A DNA stretch of 55,611 nt, the filler included, from Fonticula-like sp. SCN 57-25 (lineage: Eukaryota), in NCBI GenBank assembly GCA_001724245.1. It is 2 parts of 2 records of this genome, joined end to end, with 100 filler letters (N's around TTAATTAATTAA, not from the genome) between each part and the next. Parts side by side here need not be neighbours in the genome. Positions count along the whole stretch, not along the records: positions 1 to 28,824 come from MEDX01000103.1; 1 more part is not named here. One strand, given 5' to 3'. The first letter of the stretch is position 1, and each line of letters starts with the position of its first letter. This document shows, piece after piece, positions 12,080 to 23,930 of the stretch. Under the pieces are notes generated by a model. It was not told where the DNA came from. It saw only the letters and a program-made list of their open reading frames with translations, and did no database searches. The position numbers and the translations under genes are program-made.

Positions 12080-12753
12080 CTACTTTTCAATGTACTCAAA
12101 GTCGTCCTCGGTGATGTTGGGCCAGTTTGCCATGATCACGGGCGCCACGTCGTACGACACGTCTCCCTGAATGAGAATCTCCAAAACCTGCGACGGGTTC
12201 TTGTGCGTCGTGCATCCGCACGCAAACTTTGACGAAAACAGCTTGGACGCCTTCTTGAGATCGACGTCGTACCGCTCGAGGCCGCTCACCGTCGTGACGT
12301 TCCGGCCCGCCCGCCGCAGCATCGTCACGATAATGGCGTTCTTTTTGCTCTTCTTGTCCTTCTTCTTGTTACTCTTCTTGCTATCATCCTCAGCAGGAGC
12401 ACCCGACGAAGAAGCCTCAGCAGCGGCATCGGTCGGCGCGGCAGAGGACGATGCGCCGTCAAGCGACACAGCGGCGAGATGGCCCTCGACTAGAAAGAAA
12501 AGAGGTAAGAATGACATATGCAGGAGAAGCGGCTTCCACCCCCTGTCGACAAAAAAGGCCATCGAACGCACCATTGTAGTCGGGATGGTTGGCCGTCCAC
12601 CACGCGTTGCACTCCTCAACGCGACCGCCGAAATCGCAAAACTCGCGCGGCATCGTGCATACTAAGCGATTAAAGTACATCGCGCGGTGAGCAAGCGCGC
12701 AGTACGAGCGCGGCGCGCGCACCTCCGCAGTAGAGAACCTCCTGGGCCGGCAT
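12080..12753 (-). CDS. DENR: Density-regulated protein / TMA22 (SUI1 domain), multi-exon
   Basis: VLYCG|VCTMPREFCDF N-terminal zinc motif. C-terminal VTTVSGLE..DLKKASKLFSSKFACG...ILIQGD SUI1 domain. Confidence 0.92.
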
Positions 12754-12858
12754 GGTGTCCCTTTCCCGTGCTCGTCGACGGCGGACAAGATTGTGCAAAC
12801 TGCCGCCATATTGCGCGGATCACGTGGCCGTGATTCCACGCTTTTTCCACTCGGCATC

Positions 12859-13804
12859 ATGGAGGCGATGCTGCGCGCCGTTCGGCCGCTGAGCGCGCCT
12901 CGGTGCGTGCTCTTTCTTCGCTCTAAATTGTGTTTCTGACGTCTTTTTAGCGTGCTTTTGAGCGCCCGCTTCAAGGCGACGCTTGTCGCGTCTGCCCGTA
13001 GCATCCGCCTGAACACGCTGCAGGACAATCCCGGCACGCGGCGCCCTCGGATCCGCGTCGGTCGCGGTCCCGCGAGCGGCAAGGGCAAGACGTCCGGCCG
13101 CGGTCACGGCGGTCAGAAGGCGCGCGCGGGTAACACAAAGCCGCGCCTTGGCTTTGAGGGTGGTCAGACGCCGCTTTTCGTCCGCATCCCCAAGCGCGGT
13201 TTCGCCAACGCAGAGTTTACGCGCACGTTTACGCCGCTCAATCTCGCCAGGCTCCAGCACTGGATCAATGAGAAGCGCATCGACGCGTCAAAGCCTATCA
13301 ACATGAAGACGCTGATCGACAGCGGGTGCGTCACCGAGATCAACGACGGCATCAAGATCCTCGGAGACGGTAGCGAGCTCTTCACCGCAAAGATCAACAT
13401 TGAGATCAGCAAGGCGTCCGCGAGGGCAATCTCGCGCATCGAGGAACTCGGCGGCAGCGTCACGTACGCAAGTGTTGCTTGGCATTATTCGTTGCCTTTC
13501 AGTGTATTTTTGTGTTCTTTTGGTGTGTGTACTGTGCGTTTCGTGTTTGCTTAGTATGTTTGAGTGTCTTCCATGTTCAAGTTCCTTTGCGTTTTTTTTT
13601 GCTTTTGTCTCTTTTTTCTTTTTCTTTGACTCACAAACTCCGCTTTTCGACAGTGCCATGTATTACAATAGGCTTGGTCTGCGTGCTCTCCTGCATCCCG
13701 AAAAGTTTACGACATTGCCAAAGCATGCGGCCCCCATCAAGGCCAAGGATATCGCGTTCTACTCAAAGGCGGAGAACCGCGGGTACCTCGCAAAGGCCGA
13801 GTAA
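12859..13804 (+). CDS. MRPL15: Mitochondrial ribosomal protein uL15m (3 exons)
   Basis: RVGRGPASGKGKTSGRGHGGQKAR, GFEGGQTPL..RIPKRGF, AISRIEELGG, YYNRLGLRALLHPEKF; N-terminal presequence. Confidence 0.94.
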
Positions 13805-14067
13805 AAAGACAGTTTTATGTTGTACAGAATACACAATTCATTATGGATACGAAAACAGACTGACATTTGATGCAACCGTCCAAAAGTATGACGCAAGGCA
13901 TACAGGAAAAGATGTGTGTTTGCCAATATGCTTGACAAGGTGCATTCATAAAACAATCGTGTGTTTTATGCACTTTTGCGTACTATTGTGCGCTCAGATA
14001 ATGATATCTGCACTGCTTCCTCTGCTTTTACACATAATCCGTCGACTGGTGGCTTTATCAACTTGTG

Positions 14068-15216
14068 ATGACCGATGGCGGCGCGCGGGTATGGCGCGAG
14101 ACGCGCCGCCTCTCCTCAATGAAACGTCTCTTTTCCTTCTTTGAGCTCCTCTGCGACGATCTGCACGTTGACCTAAAGTCCGTCTCTGTGACGTTTGCGA
14201 GCTGGCACTTTCGCGCGCTCCTCGCCGACCGGCCGCAGGGATCAGACCCGCTGATCCCTGCGTCATCGTCGGCCGACCCCCTCTTAGCGGACGAGCTGTG
14301 CGCGGCAGGCGCGCCCTCTCTCGACGACGCTCTCAAGGCCGCTGGCGACCTTGCGGAGCGCTCCGCGCGTCTGCACGCCGACCTGCAAGCCGAGCGCGCG
14401 CCTGGGGATCTCCTGCCTGTAGATGTTGATCTCGAGTCGCACACAATGATGTCCGTCTCATGCGGCGACGTCTCTTTTCCGCTTTCGCGCTCTCGCTACG
14501 AGACGCTTCTTGCCGCGCACACTGGAGGCTCTGACTCTTTTAATGACAACCTTTTCTGCATGCTGTGCCGATACGCTTCGCTGTTCTCGCCCGGAATGCA
14601 GGGCGCGATCCCACCTCCCGTTTTTGACACGCTCAGGCGGCATTTCCCGATCGCGCACGAGCTCTTTGCCTCTCCTCTCAATTCTGCGCAGCCGACGTTC
14701 TGTAGTCTGTTTCCCGACACGGACGCAGTCTTTGGGAGCATTGGTTCCTTTTTTGAGGCCGATCTGTCGTCCGGCATGCATCAGGCCAACCCGCCCTTTG
14801 TCGAATCGCTCATGTCGGCCATGGTCGATCGGATGCAAGATGCGCTTTCGCGAGCGGAAAAGACGCGTCCGCTCGGTTTTGTCGTGTTTCTCCCTGCGTT
14901 TGACGGCAACGGGAAGGAGTGCGCGCTATCGCGGATCTGCAAGAGCGCCTTCTTTAGGCGGAGAGTGTGGGTGGAGCGCGGGATGCACGAGTACTTTGTC
15001 GGGGATCAGCACGCCACGCGGTCGCAGACCAGGAGGTTTGTGCGCGCGGGCTTTCACACGTGCGTCGTGGTGCTGCAGACGAGCGAGGCGGCGGCAGCGT
15101 GGCCCGTGAAAGACTCGTTTGACGCCGACGTGATGGACGCGTTTAGGCCGACCTCGGATGCGAACGCCCTGTCAAGAAAGCGACGTATATCAGATGAACT
15201 AGAAGAGAACGAGTGA
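14068..15216 (+). CDS. PCIF1: Cap-specific adenosine N6-methyltransferase (PCIF1/CAPAM)-like; no WW domain visible
   Basis: GSDPLIP, MQGAIPPPVF, ELFASPLN, FCSLFPDTDAVFGSIGSFF and the catalytic NPPF motif. Start codon uncertain. Confidence 0.85.
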   Translation: MTDGGARVWRETRRLSSMKRLFSFFELLCDDLHVDLKSVSVTFASWHFRALLADRPQGSDPLIPASSSADPLLADELCAAGAPSLDDALKAAGDLAERSARLHADLQAERAPGDLLPVDVDLESHTMMSVSCGDVSFPLSRSRYETLLAAHTGGSDSFNDNLFCMLCRYASLFSPGMQGAIPPPVFDTLRRHFPIAHELFASPLNSAQPTFCSLFPDTDAVFGSIGSFFEADLSSGMHQANPPFVESLMSAMVDRMQDALSRAEKTRPLGFVVFLPAFDGNGKECALSRICKSAFFRRRVWVERGMHEYFVGDQHATRSQTRRFVRAGFHTCVVVLQTSEAAAAWPVKDSFDADVMDAFRPTSDANALSRKRRISDELEENE

Positions 15217-15681
15217 TGCCAATTTGATGTATAATAGTATTGTAACAATAGACACTGATTTCACACTGCTTTGAAGAACAATGCAACGTCTTGCATTCTA
15301 GTTTCTCTGTTCGTTTTGAAGGACAACGTTTCAATGATACCCATGAATGCAAACACTCTGAGGCCTGGACGAACGGCAAAGTTGTGTCGCCCCATAAACC
15401 CACTGTAACAGCAACCATAAAGACTCAAATTTGGGCAATAATAAGGGCGAGAAATTGTCGATCGCATGCGATTCAGGCACTTTCCTTTTTGGATTCGAAG
15501 GCGCAGTTCGATTGCAGATCCAAAATTCTCGATTGATTCCCTCGCCCAAATGGGAGCACAGATAGTTGCGTTAGCCTATTAGAATCACGATAATGTGGCC
15601 CCTAGATAGTAACGAGGAGCTCCTGTGCCCCTGCGCGTGCTTTTTCTTTCCTTTCTTTCATGAACACTCTTGCTCGCAAGA

Positions 15682-16341
15682 ATGGCTGCGAGGCCTCTGC
15701 TGTTTCTCGCGGTGGTGATGGGCGCATTGGCGCAACCGAATGACCCCTTGTTTGCTCTCGATGCTGCAGCAGGAAACGATGCGGTTCCGTCACCGACTTC
15801 GTTCCCATTCGCGCTTCCTCGGACTGTCGCCATTAACGAGTGTACCCTGACCAGCGATCGCTGGGTTGCTCGGGAAGTTCGAAGCTACGCTGCCGACGCG
15901 TCCGTGACCCTGGACCACGCGCTCACGTTTGACGAGAGTGGCGTGATGTGGCTCAGCACGACTGCGACTTCACAACCAGAAAAGCTCTGCCCTTCCAACA
16001 CTGCCCGGTGGGAGGGCCATTTTACCGACGCAGGCGGCATCGCACACTATGACTTGAGGACATGTACCCTGAACAAGGCGGGCTGCCTGAATTGCTTTCA
16101 GGGGTCCGGTTCGGCCAACTATTCTTTTGCGGACGAATGCTGGGCCCTGACGGTAACTGGCTTACTGCCGACTACGCTTACGCTTGAAAAGCATCAACTT
16201 CTTTCTCCTGCCCTTGTTGCCGCTTGTGTCGGAGGCACGCTTCTTCTCGCGATCTTTGGGACCTACTGTGCCTCTAGCAAGCTGAGGGCCCGAATCAGGA
16301 CAGACGCAGATCGAAGTGACAGTAGCTTGGAGCTCATCTAG
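15682..16341 (+). CDS. Hypothetical type I membrane protein (signal peptide, Cys-containing ectodomain, one TM helix)
   Basis: Hydrophobic N-terminus MAARPLLFLAVVMGALA; six Cys in the ectodomain; TM LVAACVGGTLLLAIFGTYC followed by basic residues. Confidence 0.7.
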   Translation: MAARPLLFLAVVMGALAQPNDPLFALDAAAGNDAVPSPTSFPFALPRTVAINECTLTSDRWVAREVRSYAADASVTLDHALTFDESGVMWLSTTATSQPEKLCPSNTARWEGHFTDAGGIAHYDLRTCTLNKAGCLNCFQGSGSANYSFADECWALTVTGLLPTTLTLEKHQLLSPALVAACVGGTLLLAIFGTYCASSKLRARIRTDADRSDSSLELI

Positions 16342-17066
16342 TCGTGTTTCCTAATTGCCATGTCATCTTGCGGCAAATCGGGCTCTTTGTTTGCTGAGGT
16401 TTTAATTCAAGGCACATTCAGGGCGAATTGGTACAAATATGGAGCTCGTCTAGTTATTCTGGATGTTTTCGAGTGCCACGTCACCATGCGATAAATCGGG
16501 ATTTTGGCTCGCCGAGTGCCCAATTCAAGAGCAAAGTGAGTGTAGTATAGGGCTTATCTATTTCTGCCTGTTTTCTGGTTGTCGCGCCAACTTGCAGCGA
16601 CAGTGACCAATGCTGTGTGTTTTATTTGAGCCTTTTGCGACTTCGTGTACATCATTCTTGTTGTTGTTGTTTTTTATGTTTGAAAGCTGTGAAATAGTAA
16701 ACAAATGCCCAACTCCCGTAACTGTCCGCGAGTGGAACACCCTGCGTTCAACTGCAGCAAGCGTTGCATAATTGTCTTTATCTAGGTCGTCGTGATGCTG
16801 TCGGGCAGGCACTACAAGCCCAAAAAGGAGATTTTCATTCCGAATTTGGAGTCGGGGCTGCCTAAAGAGGAGATAGCGCAACTCTCGATCTCCTTTTCCC
16901 GCCAAAACAAACCGACCAAAACGGACCGAAACGGACGCTGACCGACACCATTCCACCGGTTCACGAACAGGCGTCTCCTGCCGCGCCGCAGGCGATCCTG
17001 CAGCCTCTCCCTTGTCCTTTTCTCCGCCGCGCCTCTGGTTCGCCGTCGATTAAATAGGGATTGGCC

Positions 17067-20000
17067 ATGGCCAACTCCTCGCCTCCGATAGAGAGCTCTG
17101 CTATGGCTCTTTTAAGTGACATGAGCTCGCTGGATCCCTTGCCGGCGGCCATGACAGCGACGCATGACGAGCCGCCGCACAGGAACAAGGACGCGTCCTC
17201 CGAGTCCACCACGGGCCTTCTTGCCGACACGAGCGCCAACTTTACGGACAGCGACAGCGACGCCGTTGTGCCCTCCGCCGCTACCAACGGAAGCGCGATC
17301 GACGGCGATTCTTCCGATGACGACTCGTCCGACGGCGACTCTTCCGACGTTGAATCTGTGGCCGTCGTGCCTGATGCCGCGCCAACGATCGAGTTAAACG
17401 ACTTTGCCGCGTCGCCCGCCTCCAATTCCAAAGAAGCCGCGCCGGCGACTGCCATTTCACCTTCTCGCACTCCCTCTGATTCGTCCGCTGGCGCTTCAGA
17501 TTCGCGTGATTCCTCATCTGACGCCAACGGCTCCTCCAAGCTGAGCCGCCGCCAGCGCCTTCGCCAGCTCCAATACGAGTACCGCAACTACATTAGCCAG
17601 TCCGCGCGCGAAGTTCGCCGCAACAAGATGCAGTTTGCGCTCGGCTGCACTTCCATCTTTCTCGTTGTTGTGATCGTGTCCGTGTCGATCTCGACGCTTC
17701 AGTACTCGCCCGTCCTCTTCCTCGGCCTCGCCGAGAGCCAGTCCGGCGAGATTGACCTTTCCATCAGCGCGACAAGCCGCACTGGCTTTTCCGGCCTCAA
17801 CTACACCCTCATCAGCTCTTTCCTCAGCGATCACGGCGACGCCAGCATGCAGTACCACACCCCGCGGCACACCTTTGAAGCGGACGTGTACAGCGGCAAG
17901 GACTGCGCGCCGTGGAACGCGAGCGACCCGACCGACTCGCAGTGGACGTACAAAACGCCGCAGGACGTCGGGCGGCCGGCAGACTACCTCGTGCGCTGCT
18001 CCAACGCGTACAGCGAGTGCCTCAGCTACAACTGCGACTACCCGCAAGCGGGCGTTTTTTACCTCATCGACTCGGAAAAGGAAAAGGAAATCGGTCTCGG
18101 ACGCTCATGGGAATACCCCAAAGTGCCCAAAGTACGCACATTCACTTCTTTATAGGCCAATTTATCTTGGAATTGTGACTAAATATGCGGCTTAGGGGTC
18201 GTGTTATGTGCAGAATAACCTGGCGAGGTCACTTGATGTTGGAGTTGGCGACTATATTTACGTGTCTGTGAAGCTGAATGATGAAGAGGCGGCGTCGTTT
18301 TATATGGTGTCGGCCGGGTACAACTTTACAGTGAGGACGAATTCGACTTATTTGGCAAATATTCCATTGAGGGTTGACGCAATCATTCCATCGACGACCA
18401 ACAAATGGAGCGCGTCAGTGAGAAATGGTACGAAAGGGGAAAGGGGAGAATAGTATAATTATGAGCATGATGAAATGATGCTGTATTGATGATGAAATGG
18501 TGTTGAAATGGTGTGAAAATGATATGGAAATGTTGATGAAATGGTCTGTTTTATACTGTACTATATTGTATAGTACTGTATTGTACTGTATTGAATTGTA
18601 TCATATTGCATTGTATTGTATTGTATCATACTGTATTGTATTGTATTGTATTGTATTGTATTGTATTGTATTGTATTGTATTGTATTGTATTGTATTGTA
18701 TTGTATTGTATTGTATTCATTGTATTCCATAGTCTATTCCTTACTATATTCCATTTTCCATTCCATTTACTAACACTCTTTCCCTTTCCCAGTTGTTATG
18801 ATTGAACTTGAAGATTTTCCTTCCCTCCTCTCCCTCGCCCTCTCCTCCTCCGACCCCCAAATCCCCCCCCCCTTCCGCTCCGCCATCGCCTCCGTCCCCC
18901 CCCACTCCGGCGTCAGCACCGTCCTCCTCAACCTCCCCTCCCCCCGCTTCGACTTTTACCGCTCCACCACCTTTGCCACCAACGCGCGCTCAGTCGTCGC
19001 GTGGTCTTCCGACACACTCTTCCTTCTCGGATTCGACCAAGTTGACGCAATTCTTCCGTGCCTTCGCGAGCTGCAAGCAACGAATTTCGCGTCGGCTTTC
19101 CTTGGACTTATGCTAAATATTGTCATTATTTTGCTGACACTTATATCGACGCTGCTCATCTATTCGCTGCTGATGATTAGCGTGGAGGCGAGGACGTTTG
19201 AGTTGGGTATTTATAGAATGGTCGGGATGAGGAGGGCGGGGCTGCTGCAGATGATTTTGGTGCATGCGTGGATGTTTGCGGTGCCGGCGTGGGTGTTGGG
19301 GTTGGTGATCGCGCAGATCGTGTTTGCGGTGGTTGCGAATGCACTCAGTAATCTCTCTAGTCTCAGTGTACGAAGGGGGATTTGGCCACGTGGTGGATTT
19401 ATGCATGATTGGTCGTGTATGGATATCTGATCTGACACTGTTCATGCACTGTTGGTATGGTTGATGTTGTGTATTAGATATATTTTTGTTTGATTGTTTA
19501 TGTGTTTTATGTTACTGTTTGTGTATTAGATATATTTTATTTTACTGTTTATGTCCTTTTTTTCACTGTTTTTCATTGATTTTTATTGATTTTCATTGAT
19601 TTTCATTGATTTTTAATGCTATCTCGACCCTCACATTCATATCTATTTCAGGTTGCTCCTCTGCTGAGCTCGCTTGGAGTTGAAATTGCGACACTTCTCG
19701 GTCTTGTCATTCCCCTTATTGCCGCCATTCTCCCTATCAAGGTACGCCTTTCACTTATACTTTCTCTATATTAACCCTTTCACTTTAGGCTGCATTGGGA
19801 AAGAACTTGCATGATGCACTTGACTCGAGCAGATCAAAAACAAAGGCCGTCGAAATTACAGTTTCGCGCGCGACGGTCGACCAGCACTCTTTTATCTTTT
19901 TCACTGTACGTCCAGAAAAAATATGATGGGGATCACGTGGGGATCAGGTGGGGATCGTGATCGTGATGTCGTGATGTCGTGATGGCGATGCTGATGCTGA

Positions 20001-22315
20001 TCTGATCGTGTGCTAACCAATCATCTAGACGGGTATTCTTTTGACGGCGTTTGGGTTTATGATTTACTACTTTTTGCCGCTTGCGCTCCTTGGCGGTGAC
20101 GTCACTTCGCTGTTCAACATCTTCCTCGTCATCATCATGTCGATGATGATCGGCCTCGTGATCCTCGCGCTCAACTTCCAGGTACAATGCTGACTGTGCA
20201 TTTTTGTGATTTTTGCTGACTGTGCAATCCAGCCCCTGCTCGAGCAGCTGCTGATCAAGGTGTGGTTCCTCGTGTTTTTCTTTGAGAACCCGTCGATCCC
20301 GGGCATCGTCGGCAAGAACCTTGTGGCTCACCGTCGCCGGTACGCTTTTTGTCATTTTTTGGCTATTTTTGGCTACTTTTTTTCTTTTTTGTGCAAAAAC
20401 ATCTTGGCCATCGTGCTCATCTTGCTCATCTTGCGCGTGATCAGGAACCGCAAGACGGCGATCACGTACTCTACCGCACTCGCCTTTATCATTTTCCTCG
20501 CTGTTGCCGTCGATGTCGAGCTGCGCACTGTCCAGTACGACGCGTACATCAGCACGGGCTCTGCGCTGCGCGTCACCGCGTGGGACTTTGACAGCGACGG
20601 CCTGCCAAAGGGGATCGCGTCCATGGCCGTGCTCGAGGAGTGGGCCGAGGCGCACCCGTACGTGCAAGACTTTAGCTGGGTGTCGTACCATTTGCGCGAC
20701 ACGTGGCCGCTCAGAACTGCCACGGAAATCGAAACACTCGGCCAGTACGCCCTTTGACGATATGAAAAATGGCCATTTCTGACACTTTTTGCCACTTTTT
20801 CGCCACTTTTTTCCTTTTTTAGGTACACAAGCAGCAGCCAAAACATATATGGAGCGACGCCAAACGTCGTCGACACGCTTTTGAGCATGTTTTACAGCCC
20901 AGGCGAGGTGGATGACGCGTCGCCATATTCGATTTCCGAGCAGCTGTACACGCCAAAGGGGTCGCGCGGGTCACTTTTAGGGGCGAATTTTATTGCAGAT
21001 ATGGACATTACGTCATTGGAATCGCGTTTTCAGGTGACTGTGACGAGTAATACGAGGCCGCTGCAGCGCGTCACGAGGACAATTATGTCGCCAATTTCGC
21101 TCGTCAGGGGAATGTACGTGGCGGGAAAGTGGGAAAGCGGATAATGATTGATTGATGAATGATTATGATATATGATGATATATGATGATTTTTATGGCAT
21201 TGTGGTGTAATTTTGATGTCTTTTGATTGTCAGTTTGATATTGTTCGTGATTTTTATGTCACTTTTTTGTCCATTTTTGGTCATTTTCGGTCATTTTAGT
21301 CATTTTCGGTCATTTTTCGGTCACTTTTCGCCATTTTTCGCCATTTTTACTGACTATTTTGCAGTGCTTTGTTCAGTATGTCGTACTTTAGCGACAGCAG
21401 CAATGACATGGTCGTTTCACTTCCGACACTCGTCGACCTCTCTGAAGGCCAGTTCATGTCCGTCATGGACCTTCCCATGCGCTTCATGCTCCTCAAGACG
21501 CCCGACGGTGCGTACTGAACGCTCATTGGCTGCTTTACTGATGGCCACGTGGATGAAGGGATTACTGATGATGAGATGGATGAGCTGATTCGGTCGATGC
21601 CGTCGCTCAGTGTCGGGTTTGTTGATGATGCGCGCGATGACTTTTCGGCGTTTGTTGGCCAATCAGAGACGATTAAATGGGTTTTCCAGGTGCGAATTTG
21701 GGAATAAATTGTTATTTTTGGTTGAATTATGGTTTAATTGTGGTCGAATTGTATTGAATTGTATTGAATTGTGTTTGAATTGTGGTTGGATTGTGCAAAA
21801 TTGTGTTGATTTTTGGTTGATTTTTTAAGGTTTTGGTCAATTTTAGTGTTGAATTTGTGTCATTTTCGTTCTTTTTTGTCACTTTTTGTCACTTTTCTTT
21901 TCTTTTTCTTACTTTCGCTAACTTTCTTCTCCAGATTGTGACGATCTTTACAATGATCATTGCCTTCTTCTCGCTCAACACCTCCATGTACACCAACATT
22001 GTCGAGCAGTCCAAGGAGATCGGCATTCTTCGCGCGCTCGGCCTCACGCGCGGCGCCATCTTCCGCATCTACACGTACGAGGCGCTCTTCCTCGTGCTCT
22101 CGTCGGCCTTCCTCGGATCCTGCATCGGCCTGCTCATCGGCTGGTCCATCTCGGCCCAGCGCGCGCTCTTCACGCAGGTGCCGATCTCGTTTTCGTACCC
22201 GTGGGACCTCGTCATTACAGTGTCTATTGTCGCCATCATTTGCGCGCTCATCTCGACCGCAACGCCCGTCGCGCGGCTGGTCATGCGGCCCGTCATCGGC
22301 ACACTCAGATCCTAA
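17067..22315 (+). CDS. FtsX/MacB/LolE-type ABC permease family membrane protein, more than 10 exons
   Basis: Two FtsX-like halves: IYSLLMISVEARTFELGIYRMVGM and MYTNIVEQSKEIGILRALGL..IY..EA. REVRRNK and AHRRRNRKT motifs precede the first TM of each half. Exon boundaries only partly resolved. Confidence 0.85.
18550..18725. repeat. (TGTAT)n pentanucleotide microsatellite in an intron
   Basis: About 17 perfect units at 18632-18716 with degenerate flanks. Confidence 0.95.
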
Positions 22316-22878
22316 GGCGAGTCAACCCCTTTGCAGAAAATATGTTTTGTTTTGTATTATGTCAAGTATATATGAATACACAGAGTCTTGTAGCAAACTA
22401 GGAGCGCGGGGCGGGCTGGAAGGGGACGGCGCCTTCGGCAATCGCCTTGGCAAACGCTGAAAGTGAACAGTCAGCAACGAGAACGGGATGCTGGCGGCGG
22501 CGTACCAGTGCCGAGATTCTCAGTCACATTCGAACGATCAAATGAAGTAGGCGGCGTCGCGGGGCGCACATCCTTTGCCTTGCCGCCACCGGCCGCAGCC
22601 GCGTACCCTAATGAGCGAAAAGATGCGTCAGAAAGAGGAGGAGGGCATCGCATCCCTGCATACCGAGCTTGTCGCCCATCAGCACGACACACTGCCCCTC
22701 GAGTAAATCGCACCAAAACCGGCATTCGGACTTTAAAAGGGCGTGATGTCCAAAAAAGGAAATCTGCTGATCGAAATCAGAAGAATCAGAGGAATCAGCC
22801 TCGTGACTGCTGATTCAGCGCGGCCCAAAACACCGACGCCGACCCGCTTCCCTCCCGCCCCCACTTGCTCTCGCCGCC

Positions 22879-23524
22879 ATGTCGTCGACGTCCGCGTCCC
22901 GCGAAGAGATCAGTCTGAACTGGGGTGACCACTTTAGCGAGATCCATGCCGCCCGTGCGCTCTCGCGATCGCAGCCCTCATGATCCAACTGACCCCATGT
23001 CTAGTTGCCATTGAAAAGTCCGGTGGCAAGCCGTACGAGCGCCTCGAGGATCTGACCGGTACGAATACCCGTTTGTCATATGGAAAGGCTTGCTAACGGG
23101 AGCGGCGGAATAGACGAGCAAAAGTTGGTGCGCATGCAGGAAATCATGAACTTGAAGGATCTCGCGCTCGAGGGCATGACGTCAAAATTGGTCAAGGTGC
23201 GTCGGCCATCGCGTGCTTGCTCGATATTTAGGCCAGCATTACTAACCAATGTTGAATATGACTTGCTATTCCTATAGGCGAATGAGGAGCTGCACGCGAT
23301 CCAGAGCGTACGATTCCGATCCCCCTGACGATCCCTTTCTGACCCCCGCATTCCACCAGCGCTACTTTTTCTCGCTATTCATGAACATCAAGTTGACAGC
23401 GCGCGAGCTGCCCAAGAACAGCGACCTCACTGGCGAGCAGCTGTTCTCGATGTGCATCGAGGCGGAGGTGCCCGTGGACAACTGGCCAAAGTTCATCTCG
23501 ACGCATTACTTTAAGAACATCTAG
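22879..23524 (+). CDS. Hypothetical small protein (~125 aa, 5 exons)
   Basis: Four GT-AG introns with branch motifs give a continuous frame MSSTSASREEISLNWGDHF...RYFFSLFMNIKL...VPVDNWPKFI. Confidence 0.65.
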
Positions 23525-23930
23525 ATGGGAGGGCGCAGCGCATGAGCGGCTTTATATACATTCTTTTGGCTATTTGGACATCTCACAACAATACGAAATG
23601 TACAGGTATTTTTTATATGCGCTACGCAATGCAGGTGGTATTACTTTCTCTCTTTCGCCCAATAATAAATGCACTTTTAACGATCATCTGACGTCATGGT
23701 TTGGCAACGCATTGCTTTCGCAACACAATACAGCACTGGAATAGTTGCACATTCATCGCCAGTTCGCGCTTCTATTCACACATAGAGCGAGCTTTTTTAT
23801 ATTCAGCCAAACGCGCCTGATCTTTTGATCTTCCCATTTGAGCGCAGCATTCTTTTGTATTTTGCGCAGTCACCGTTTGCAATCCACTGTCGCCTGATCC
23901 CGCGCAGATCCCTCTGCGTCATTGCGCGGC

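Noticed and set aside
15480-15545. GTTCGATT, resembling a tRNA T-loop or B-box
   Set aside because: No T-stem, acceptor stem or A-box pairing found.
18497-18805. ORF with (YCIVL)n repeats, or a CRISPR-like array
   Set aside because: Translation of an intronic pentanucleotide microsatellite; no spacers.
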